64,000 nucleotides of DNA, from the NCBI GenBank assembly GCA_027593235.1, contig JAQCIU010000018.1, forward strand, positions 1 through 64,000, given 5' to 3'. The stretch comes from Chloroflexota bacterium (GTDB lineage Bacteria > Chloroflexota > Dehalococcoidia > UBA2979). Made by a program: the position numbers and the translations under genes. This document shows, piece by piece, positions 30,364 through 38,779 of the stretch (its first letter is position 1; the number at the start of each line of letters is the position of its first letter). The notes beneath the pieces were generated by a model. That model was not told the DNA's origin. It was given only the letters and a program-made list of their open reading frames with translations, and ran no database searches.

Positions 30364-30965
30364 ACGGCGACTTCGCCGACCACCCGCTCTTTTGTTTGCG
30401 CAGCAGTCCCCGGTCGACCCTCGATCGCCGCGACGCGTGGCTTCGAGGCACCGATCGTGGTGTAGAGCCGCGAGGCGAACTCGGCGATCGCCCGCTGCAC
30501 GTCCTCGTCGGCGACGGTCGAGCCACGCCCGACGAAGTTGAGCCGGACGGTCATCCCGTCGGCGACGGCGTCGTCGTCCCCCCACTCGATCTCGAACGAA
30601 GCGAACTCGCTGCGCCAGTGTTCGAACTCGCGGATCGCGTCGTTCGGCGCGAAGTCCCCGTCGGGCGCCTGCTCGGGCAGGTTCTCGCAGCTACCGAGGG
30701 TGGCGCGGTGCCCCGCGGTGAGCAGGAGGCCGTCGCAGAAGCCGGCGATACCGCCCTCGCGGGTCCAGCGGAGGACCACGGCGTCTGGGTCGACGGGAGC
30801 GGCGGTCGGCTCTCCATCCGCGGGCGTCGCCGTGGCGGTGGCGGCCTCGGGCGCCGCGCTGGAGCACGCCGAGAGGCCGAGCAGCACCAGGACGGCGAGC
30901 GCCGCGAGGAGGCTCGTCACGCGAGGGCGCCCGGGCGACTGGCAATGCGGCGGGGTGAGTTGCAC
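30360..30965 (-). CDS. Hypothetical lipoprotein
   Basis: LGLSACSS lipobox, WTREGGIAGFCD; start uncertain. Confidence 0.7.
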   Translation of the reverse strand: MQLTPPHCQSPGRPRVTSLLAALAVLVLLGLSACSSAAPEAATATATPADGEPTAAPVDPDAVVLRWTREGGIAGFCDGLLLTAGHRATLGSCENLPEQAPDGDFAPNDAIREFEHWRSEFASFEIEWGDDDAVADGMTVRLNFVGRGSTVADEDVQRAIAEFASRLYTTIGASKPRVAAIEGRPGTAAQTKERVVGEVAV

Positions 30966-31011
30966 GGCGCCAGTCTCGCATCGGCGCGAAGGAGGCGTGC
31001 GGTTCGCATAA

Positions 31012-31027
31012 GTAACGATATAGTTAC
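31012..31027. promoter_or_regulatory. Palindromic operator-like site
   Basis: gtaac-gatata-gttac in an AT-rich divergent gap. Confidence 0.4.
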
Positions 31028-31059
31028 CGTAACGAAATGGTATCGCGAAGGAGCTCACC

Positions 31060-31374
31060 GTGAACGGGGTACTGGTCCAGTACAAGGTCAAAGCCGACCG
31101 AGTCGAAGAGAACGAAGCCAAGGTGCGAGCCGTGTACCGGGAACTGGCCGAACGGAACGACCCGGCGATCCACTACGCCACCTTCAAGCTCGAGGATGGC
31201 CAGACCTTCGCGCACCTGGCGATCTGGGCGCACGACGCCGCCGATGCCGGCCTCGGCAAGATCGAGGCCTTTCGCGCCTTCCAGGAGAACATCGCCGGTC
31301 GCTGCGAGGTGCCACCGCACCCCGCTTCGCTTGAGTTGATCGGCAACTGGAAGCTGCTACCGGACGGCGTCTAG
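31060..31374 (+). CDS. Small ABM/dimeric alpha-beta-barrel-like protein
   Basis: VQYKVK...LEDGQTFAH...AFRAFQ; RBS AAGGAG. Confidence 0.75.
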   Translation: MNGVLVQYKVKADRVEENEAKVRAVYRELAERNDPAIHYATFKLEDGQTFAHLAIWAHDAADAGLGKIEAFRAFQENIAGRCEVPPHPASLELIGNWKLLPDGV

Positions 31375-32310
31375 CCCCACCGGCACGGCGACGTTCGCGT
31401 ACGGGCGCAGCGCTTCCAGGTGCTCGTGCGAATCGAAGACCGGGTTCAGCAGCAGGTGCGACGCGCCCGCCTCGATCAACCGATCGAGGTAGGCGGTCAC
31501 GCGCTCGTGTGAGCCCCAGACGGCGACCCGCTCGGCCATCGAGGCGTCACCGTAGTTGTGGGCGAACCACTCACGGAGGCGCGTGAGCGCGCGCTCCTCG
31601 TCGCTGTCGATCGCGAGGTAGACGCGCTTCGACATCGGGAACGTCGCCGGGTCCTTGCCGGCGCGTTCGAGTTCGTCGCGGAGCAGCGGGACGAGGCCCT
31701 CGAAGGTCTCGATGCTGGAAGAGCCCGGGCCCATCCAGCCGTCGCCGTGGCGCGCCGCCCGCCGCACCGCGGCCTCGACGCGTGCGCCGAACCAGATCGG
31801 CGGTCGCGGCGTCTGGAGCGGCTTCGGTTCCATCGGCGTGCCATCGAGGTTGAAGAAGTCACCGGCAACCGTCGCTCGCGGGTCGCGCCAGAGCGCATCA
31901 ACGGCGTTCAGCACGTTCATGAACCGGCCGAGCCGCCGGCCCTCGGGAATCCCGAGCGCGCCCTCGTCCCACTTCCCCCCGAGCCCAACGCCCGCGATCA
32001 ACCGCCCCTCGCTCAACACGTCGAGCGAGGCGAGCCGCTTTGCGAGGTGCAGCGGGCTATGCACCGGCAGCACCAGCACCGACACCCCGAGGCGAATCCG
32101 CTCGGTCACCGCGGCGACGTACGAGAGCAGCGTCAGCGGCTCCAGGCTCTGCGCCGTCCCGATCAGCTGCTCCTGCGTCCAGAGGTCTGCGAAGCCGGCC
32201 GCCTCGGCGGCCCGCGCCACCGACCGAATCTCTGCGACATCGATCTGTCCGCTCGGGAAGACCTGCGGCAAGGCGAAGCCGGCGCGGAAGTTCGGAGGCA
32301 AGTTTGGCAT
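31357..32310 (-). CDS. LLM-class flavin-dependent oxidoreductase
   Basis: EPLTLLSYVAAVTERIRLG, LDVLSEGR, PKPLQTPRPPIWFG. Confidence 0.92.
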   Translation of the reverse strand: MPNLPPNFRAGFALPQVFPSGQIDVAEIRSVARAAEAAGFADLWTQEQLIGTAQSLEPLTLLSYVAAVTERIRLGVSVLVLPVHSPLHLAKRLASLDVLSEGRLIAGVGLGGKWDEGALGIPEGRRLGRFMNVLNAVDALWRDPRATVAGDFFNLDGTPMEPKPLQTPRPPIWFGARVEAAVRRAARHGDGWMGPGSSSIETFEGLVPLLRDELERAGKDPATFPMSKRVYLAIDSDEERALTRLREWFAHNYGDASMAERVAVWGSHERVTAYLDRLIEAGASHLLLNPVFDSHEHLEALRPYANVAVPVGLDAVR

Positions 32311-32494
32311 TGGTGTTGTCCTCGGGAGCTGCGATTGGGCTTTGAGAGTAGCGGGAGGCGGTGCTGGCCGGGTCGGCAGTAGTCGCGACTGTCGATCCGA
32401 CCGGGTCTCGCTCGTCATCTTGATGTCGACGGGTTGACGAGGTGCGTACGTTAGTACGTACTTACCAATCCGGAGACCTGAGAGGGAAACGACC

Positions 32495-33001
32495 ATGGAC
32501 GCGACCGAGACGATCCGTACGGCGATCGATCACGCGCACGGCTGGTTCGAAGGCACCTGTGCGGATCTGACCGCTGAGCAGGCGGCGTACGTGCCGGCTG
32601 GGACCGCGCACCCGATTTCGGAGATCGTGACGCACGTCGTGCAGTCGGAGGACTTCATCGTGAACTCGATGATCCTCGGCCAGCCGTCCGTCTGGGACAC
32701 CGGTGGCTGGGAACAGAAGCTCGGGCTCCCGAACGTTTCACGCCACACGCAGGAACAGGCGAAGAGCTTCACGGCGGATCTGGCAGCGCTGCAGCCGTAC
32801 AAGGAGGCCGTCTACGTCAGTGTCGCCTCGTTCGTCGACGGACTCACACCGCAGGAGTTGGAGCGCGAAATCCAGGGGCCGGCGGGACCAATGCGTGTCG
32901 TCGACGCGTTGACCAACGCGTTGCTCGGTAACACGCTGGCGCACACCGGTGAAATCTCCGCGCTGAAGGGCGTTCAGGGCGCCACCGGCTACCCGTTCTA
33001 A
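32495..33001 (+). CDS. DinB family protein
   Basis: HVVQSED ... HTGEISALKG four-helix pattern. Confidence 0.85.
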   Translation: MDATETIRTAIDHAHGWFEGTCADLTAEQAAYVPAGTAHPISEIVTHVVQSEDFIVNSMILGQPSVWDTGGWEQKLGLPNVSRHTQEQAKSFTADLAALQPYKEAVYVSVASFVDGLTPQELEREIQGPAGPMRVVDALTNALLGNTLAHTGEISALKGVQGATGYPF

Positions 33002-33037
33002 CGAGGCGTCGACCCGGCGCTGCGAGGAGAGACCCGT

Positions 33038-33721
33038 ATGTCGAACTTCACCGGCTTTTCGCCGGAGGCGCTGGGTCTCCTCGGTGCGCTGCCGCTGGGC
33101 AACCCGGCCTGGTACGCCGAGAACAAGTCCGAGGTGACCGCGCGGCTGATCACCCCGGCGCGCGCGCTGGTCGAGGACCTCGGCGCGCGGTTGCGCACCG
33201 ATCTATCGCCGGGCATCGAGGCCCAACCGAAGGTCAACGGATCGATCTCGCCGCTGAACGAGGATCTACGGTTCGCTCCGGACAAGCCGCCCTACCGCGA
33301 CTACCTGATGCTGAATTTCTGGGACGGCTCGCCGAAGAAGCGGGCACCCACCGTCCGTGTCCGCATCCACCCCGAGGGCATCGGGTTCGGCGGTGGTGCG
33401 GCGTTCGATCCGCGCGGCCTCGAGCGGTGGCGCGCCGCCGTCGCTGACGACCGCACCGGCGCAGCCCTCGAGGCCGCACTCGCGCCGCTGCGGACGCTGC
33501 CGGATGCCGAGATCGCCGGCGAGGGGCTGAAGCGGGTACCCGCGCCCTACCCGGCCGATCATCCACGCGGCGATCTGCTGCGGTACAAGATGGTCCAGGC
33601 GCGCTGGCAGGAACCGGTCCCGGCCGAGTTCCAGGACGCCCGGTTCGTCGAGTGGTGCCTCGAGCGGCTGCTGCGGTTCGAGGCGTTGCATCACTGGTTG
33701 CTCAAGCACGTGTCCGGATAG
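33038..33721 (+). CDS. DUF2461 family protein
   Basis: FTGFS...WYAENK, DLRFAPDKPPY, LKRVP..Y..DHP..DLLR. Confidence 0.88.
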   Translation: MSNFTGFSPEALGLLGALPLGNPAWYAENKSEVTARLITPARALVEDLGARLRTDLSPGIEAQPKVNGSISPLNEDLRFAPDKPPYRDYLMLNFWDGSPKKRAPTVRVRIHPEGIGFGGGAAFDPRGLERWRAAVADDRTGAALEAALAPLRTLPDAEIAGEGLKRVPAPYPADHPRGDLLRYKMVQARWQEPVPAEFQDARFVEWCLERLLRFEALHHWLLKHVSG

Positions 33722-33735
33722 CGGAGGGCCTGGCG

Positions 33736-34077
33736 ATGGCGGCGAAAGCAACGACCGGCGAGGAGCTCTTCTGGGAGCTGGCGGCCCCACACCTGGCCAG
33801 CGCCGAGGCGGACGAGGGCACGATGATGGGCTCTCGCTGCCTGCGTGTCGGCGGCCAGTTCACTGGGATGATTCACGTGAAGACCGGCGAGTTGATCCTC
33901 AAACTGCCCCGCACCCGCGTCGACGAACTGGTCGCCTCCGGTAGGACCGAGGCCTTCGCGCCGAACGGGCGCGTGTTCAAGGAATGGACGCTGGTGCCGC
34001 GCGGCGATCGTCGCAGTTGGAAGAAGCTCATCGACGAGGCCGTCCAATTCGCTCAGGGGTCTTCGACCCCTTCTTGA
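33736..34077 (+). CDS. TfoX/YjbR-like small protein
   Basis: GTMMGSRCLRVGG...KLPRTRVDELV...PNGRVFKEW. Confidence 0.75.
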   Translation: MAAKATTGEELFWELAAPHLASAEADEGTMMGSRCLRVGGQFTGMIHVKTGELILKLPRTRVDELVASGRTEAFAPNGRVFKEWTLVPRGDRRSWKKLIDEAVQFAQGSSTPS

Positions 34078-34166
34078 CGCTTCGCGCTGCGCGATCGGCG
34101 GGTCGGTGGACAGCCGCTTGTCCGATCGCCGAGGTAGGGCTGGAGTGACGGCCCTCCGCGCACTAG

Positions 34167-35482
34167 CAGGCTGCTGAAAAAGCCTCCCACGGGGATCGCC
34201 GTGGAGGATCGCGGCCGGTACGATCGTGGCTGGCGGGAGGCGCGAGGAGGCACCCGATGCGAGGAGACCGCGAACACCAGGCGGAGATGTTGCTGGCGCT
34301 CACGCCGGACCAGCTCGTCCCCGCCGACCACCCGATCCGGCGCATCAAGCCGATCGTGGAGGCGGTGCTGACCCGGCTCTCGCCGCTCTTCGACGAGATG
34401 TACGCCGAGCGCGGACGCCCGTCGATCCCACCCGAGCACCTGCTGAAGGCGAGCCTGCTGATCGCACTCTTCTCGGTGCGCAGCGAGCGCCAGTTCTGCG
34501 AGCGCCTGCAGTACGACCTCCTCTTCAAGTGGTTCCTCGACCTCAACGTCGCCGACCCTGCCTTCAACCCGACGACCTTCTCGAAGAACCGCGAGCGGCT
34601 GCTGCGCCACGAGGTGGCGGACGCGTTCTTCGCCGAGGTCGTGGCCGAGGCGCGCAGCCGACGCTTGCTCTCTGCCGATCACTTCACGGTGGACGGCACG
34701 CTGCTGGAGGCGTGGGCTTCGCTCAAGAGCTATCGCCCGCGCGACGAGCACGACGACCCGCCCCCGGGCGGCGGTGGACGCAACCCTGACGTGGACTTCC
34801 GTGGCCAGCGCCGTAATCGGGAGACGCACGCCTCACGCACCGATCCCGAGGCGCAGCTCGCCACGAAGGGCTCCGGCCAGGCAGCGAAGCTGTGCTACAT
34901 GGGGCACGTGCTGACCGAGAACCGCAATGGGCTGATCGTCGGCGTCGAGCTCACGCAGGCCGATGGCTTCGCCGAGCGGAAGGCAGCGCTGCGGCTGCTC
35001 GACCGCTGTGTTGCTGGCCGGGCGACGCTCGGGGCCGACCGCGGCTACGACACGCAGGACTTCGTAGCGGACCTGCGCAAGCGCCGGATCACACCGCACG
35101 TCGCCCGGAATGACCGCAGACGGCGCAGCGCCATCGACGGGCGCACCACGCGGCATCCCGGCTACGCCGTCAGCCAGCGGCGACGCAAGCGGGTGGAGGA
35201 GGTCTTCGGCTGGGCGAAGACGGTGGGCGGCCTGCGCAAGCTGCGCTACATCGGGCAGGCACGGAACGCGCTCTGCGCCACGCTCACCGCCGCCGCCTAC
35301 AACCTGGTGCGTATGGCCAAGCTCGAACTCGCCACGCCATAGGCTCAGTGCGCCCACCGCCACCGCCAGCCGCCCGGACCGACGAATCGAAGCCCTGATC
35401 AGGTCGAGTGGCATGTGACGGACCGCGCTCAGACGTTCGTGACCCTCGCTCCCTTCGCTCAGAGCGCTTCTTCAGCAGCCTG
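34167..35482 (+). mobile_element. IS5-family insertion sequence (1316 bp) with CTAG target duplication
   Basis: TIRs caggctgctgaaaaag / cttcttcagcagcctg (15/16); CTAG at 34163-34166 and 35483-35486. Confidence 0.93.
34257..35342 (+). CDS. IS5-family DDE transposase
   Basis: GRPSIPPE, FTVDGT, LGADRGYD, RKRVEEVFGWAK. Confidence 0.95.
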   Translation: MRGDREHQAEMLLALTPDQLVPADHPIRRIKPIVEAVLTRLSPLFDEMYAERGRPSIPPEHLLKASLLIALFSVRSERQFCERLQYDLLFKWFLDLNVADPAFNPTTFSKNRERLLRHEVADAFFAEVVAEARSRRLLSADHFTVDGTLLEAWASLKSYRPRDEHDDPPPGGGGRNPDVDFRGQRRNRETHASRTDPEAQLATKGSGQAAKLCYMGHVLTENRNGLIVGVELTQADGFAERKAALRLLDRCVAGRATLGADRGYDTQDFVADLRKRRITPHVARNDRRRRSAIDGRTTRHPGYAVSQRRRKRVEEVFGWAKTVGGLRKLRYIGQARNALCATLTAAAYNLVRMAKLELATP

Positions 35483-35496
35483 CTAGAGTCGCTCGC

Positions 35497-36429
35497 ATGA
35501 CAGTGCTCGTCCTCGGTGGCGTGAACATGGACTTCATCGTCGAAGCGCCGGTGATCGCCGGGCGCGGCGAGACCCGCGAGGGCTCCGCCTTCTACACGAC
35601 CCCGGGCGGGAAGGGCGCGAACCAGGCGGTTGCCGCCGCGCGCATCCTCGCGGGCCGCGTCGCCGTGGAGATGGCGGGGATGCTCGGCGACGATCGCTAC
35701 TCCGAGGAGATGCGCTCGGCGCTTGAGGCGGCCGGTGTCGGCACCGCGCACCTGGGAACGGCGGTCGGCGCCCACTGCGGCGTGGCCGTGATCCTGATCG
35801 ACGGCACCGGCGAGAACTCGGTCAACGCGGTCTACGGCTCCAACCTGCTCGTCGACGAGGCGCTGGCACGCGCCGCTGCGGCCGCGCACCTCGATGCCGG
35901 CTCCGTGCTGTTGGTGCAGCAAGAGACGCCGTTGCCGGCGACCGTCGCGGCGATGCACCTGGCGCGCGAGCGCGGCGCGACGGTCATCCTCGATCCCGCA
36001 CCGACGCGCGAGCACGCCGCGCACCTGTTGTCGCTGGCCGACATCGTCACGCCGAACGAGCACGAGGCCGCGGAGTTGGTTGGGCACCCCGTCGACGACG
36101 CCGATTCAGCGCGCGAGGCCGCGCGGGCGTTGCGAGCGCGTGGCGCCGGAGCGGTGATCGTGACGCTGGCGGCGCTCGGCGCCTGGGTCGAGGCGGACGG
36201 TATCTCCGAACTGGTGCCGTCGTTTCCCGTGACGCCGATCGCCACGGTCGGCGCAGGCGACGCCTTCAACGGCGGGGTCGCCTCGGGGCTCGCGCTTGGC
36301 CTCGGACTCCGCGAGGCGGCCAGGATGGGCGCTGCGGCGGGGGCGCTCTGCGTGACGCGGCGTGGCGCGCAGGAGGCGATGGCGCCGCGCGCCGAGGTGG
36401 AATCGCTGCTGGCCGCGTCCGGCGGCTGA
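35497..36429 (+). CDS. rbsK: Ribokinase
   Basis: GGKGANQAVAAA, TPNEHE, TVGAGDAFNG. Confidence 0.88.
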   Translation: MTVLVLGGVNMDFIVEAPVIAGRGETREGSAFYTTPGGKGANQAVAAARILAGRVAVEMAGMLGDDRYSEEMRSALEAAGVGTAHLGTAVGAHCGVAVILIDGTGENSVNAVYGSNLLVDEALARAAAAAHLDAGSVLLVQQETPLPATVAAMHLARERGATVILDPAPTREHAAHLLSLADIVTPNEHEAAELVGHPVDDADSAREAARALRARGAGAVIVTLAALGAWVEADGISELVPSFPVTPIATVGAGDAFNGGVASGLALGLGLREAARMGAAAGALCVTRRGAQEAMAPRAEVESLLAASGG

Positions 36430-36442
36430 GCGAGGGCTTGAG

Positions 36443-37024
36443 TTACGGCTGCAGCAACCGCGTCGTCCACTCGCCATCGACCGCCTCGCGCTTGAACTCC
36501 AGCCGCTCGTGCAGCCGGTTGTCGCGGTGCGTCCAGAACTCGATGCGTAGCGGAACGAGGCGGTAGCCACCCCAGTGCGGCGGTCGCTCGATCGCGCCCT
36601 CGCCCACGCGCGCGACCTCGGCGGCGGTACGCGCCTCGAGGTCCGCGCGGGAGGCGACCGGACGCGACTGTGACGAGATGCGGGCGCTGATCCGGCTACC
36701 GCGTGGGCGGCTGTTCCAGTAGCCGTCGGACGCCTCCGGCGGCAGGCGATCGGCGTCGCCCTCGATGCGGACCGACCGCCCGAGGGACTTCCAGTGATAG
36801 GTGAGCGCGGCGGCCGGATTCGCGGCGAGATCGTCGCCTTTGCGTGATTCGTAGTTGGTGAAGAACTCGAAGCCCTCGTCGCTGACGCGCTTCACGAGCA
36901 CGACGCGATTCGACGGACGCCCCTCGGCACTCACCGTCGCGAGCGCGGCGGCGTCGGGCAGGCCAGGCTCCGCGGCTTCGGCCTCGGCGAACCACTGCTC
37001 GAACTGGGCGATCGGGTCCGTCAC
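36443..37024 (-). CDS. pdxH: Pyridoxamine 5'-phosphate oxidase
   Basis: RVVLVK, FFTNYESRK, WGGY, IEFW..R..RLHER, LQP. Confidence 0.95.
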   Translation of the reverse strand: MTDPIAQFEQWFAEAEAAEPGLPDAAALATVSAEGRPSNRVVLVKRVSDEGFEFFTNYESRKGDDLAANPAAALTYHWKSLGRSVRIEGDADRLPPEASDGYWNSRPRGSRISARISSQSRPVASRADLEARTAAEVARVGEGAIERPPHWGGYRLVPLRIEFWTHRDNRLHERLEFKREAVDGEWTTRLLQP

Positions 37025-37140
37025 GACGGCGCCTCCGGGATTCGTGTCGCTGAACACCGATCGTACGAGCCGAGGCGCGATACCGTACCGCTGTCGAGCA
37101 CGCCGCGAGCTGTTCGTCCGATCGACGAGGGGGCAAAAAG

Positions 37141-37467
37141 ATGGGTGCGAGCGGTGCACGGTATTCGGACGAGGTGGGCGGCTTCGCCGCGGAGCTGGTC
37201 GAGTCGCTCGGTGAGCTGGGCGACGTGTCGTGGAAGAAGATGTTCGGTGGTGCTGGCATCTTCATCAGCGGGTCGATGTTCGCGTTGGTCGATTCGGATG
37301 CGCAGCTCCACCTCAAGGTGAACGACAGCAACCGCGCCCGGTTCGAGACGGCCGGTTCGGAGAAGCACGGCCGCATGCCGTACTACGCCGCGCCCGCCGA
37401 CATCCTCGAGGACCCGGCGCTGCTGCTCGAGTGGGCGCGGACCTCGGCAACGATCGCGACCAGCTAG
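37141..37467 (+). CDS. TfoX N-terminal domain protein
   Basis: KKMFGGAGIF, LHLKV, MPYY. Confidence 0.85.
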   Translation: MGASGARYSDEVGGFAAELVESLGELGDVSWKKMFGGAGIFISGSMFALVDSDAQLHLKVNDSNRARFETAGSEKHGRMPYYAAPADILEDPALLLEWARTSATIATS

Positions 37468-37639
37468 GCGAGTTCCCGGGCGACCGGGGGACCGCCGTCC
37501 ACCCGCCGAGCGCTGAATCCCCTCCGAGGGGCGGTCGATTCGCGCTCGATGGAGGCCGTGCCCGACACTGGATGCGCGGCGACCCTCGGTGTCGCTCCTG
37601 CTCCCGGCGTCGATCGGATGCTCTGACGAGGTGGTAGGT

Positions 37640-38779
37640 GTGTCGGAGCTGAGTCGCCAACGGCGGGCGGTCGCCGCCGTGTTTTTCACGCACGGGGTAC
37701 TGCTGGCCTCGTGGGTGCCACACATCCCCTTCGTCAAGGAACAGCGTGCCCTCAGCGATGGCGCCCTCGGCCTCGTGCTGCTCGCGCTTGCGGGTGGCGC
37801 GGTCGTGGCGATGGCGCTGTCCGGCCCGCTGATCAGGCGTGTCGGACCGCACCACGTCGTGCGCTGGACCGGGCTCGCGATGGCGCTGACGCTCCCGCTG
37901 CCCGTGATCGCACCGAACGTGGCACTCCTCACGGCCGCGCTCGTGCTGTTTGGCGGCGCGCTCGGGTCGTTGGACATCGCGATGAACGCGGTCGCGGCTG
38001 ACGTCGAGGTCGCCTTCCGCCGCCCGATCATGTCCTCGTTTCACGGGATGTACAGCCTCGGCGCGCTCGCCGGATCGCTACTCGCCGGCGCGCTGATCGA
38101 GGTAGGCGTGGCGCCGTCGACCCAAGTGCTCGTCGTTGCGGTGATCGCGATGGTTGCCGTGCTGTTGGTGATGCGCGCGCTGCGCACGCCGCACCGGCCC
38201 GTCGCGCAGGCACGGCTGCGGCTTCGCATCCCTCGAGGGCGCCTGCTGGCGCTGGGCGCGATGACGTTCGCCGTCTTCCTCGCCGAGGGCGCGGTTGCCG
38301 ACTGGAGCGCGACGCTGCTCCGCGATGACCTGGGCACCTCGGGCGCGGTCGCCGCGCTCGGCTTCGCGGCCTTCTCCACCACGATGGCGATCGGGCGCCT
38401 CACCGGCGACTGGATCAACGAGCGGGTTGGTGCGGTCAACCTCGTCCGACTCGGCAGCCTCGTCGCCGCGATTGGCCTCGGTGTCGGGTTGGCCCTCGAC
38501 AGCCCGATCGCGGTGATCATCGGGTTCGCGCTCACCGGCGCCGGGCTGGCCAACGTCGTGCCGCTGGCGTTCACTGCCGCGGCTTCGGCTGGCGCGACAC
38601 CGTCGGAAGGGATCAGCTCGGCCGCGACGCTGGGCTACTTCGGACTGCTGGTCGGTCCGCCGATCATCGGCTTCATCGCCGAGGCGACAAGCCTCGCCGG
38701 CGGGCTGGCGGTGGTCGCCGCGCTGGCGGCGCTCACGGCATCGCAAGCGCGGATCGTTCGCACTCCGCTCAGGACGTGA
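37640..38779 (+). CDS. MFS transporter
   Basis: About 12 hydrophobic segments; DIAMN, IMSSFHG, EGAVADWS, GRLTGD. Confidence 0.92.
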   Translation: MSELSRQRRAVAAVFFTHGVLLASWVPHIPFVKEQRALSDGALGLVLLALAGGAVVAMALSGPLIRRVGPHHVVRWTGLAMALTLPLPVIAPNVALLTAALVLFGGALGSLDIAMNAVAADVEVAFRRPIMSSFHGMYSLGALAGSLLAGALIEVGVAPSTQVLVVAVIAMVAVLLVMRALRTPHRPVAQARLRLRIPRGRLLALGAMTFAVFLAEGAVADWSATLLRDDLGTSGAVAALGFAAFSTTMAIGRLTGDWINERVGAVNLVRLGSLVAAIGLGVGLALDSPIAVIIGFALTGAGLANVVPLAFTAAASAGATPSEGISSAATLGYFGLLVGPPIIGFIAEATSLAGGLAVVAALAALTASQARIVRTPLRT

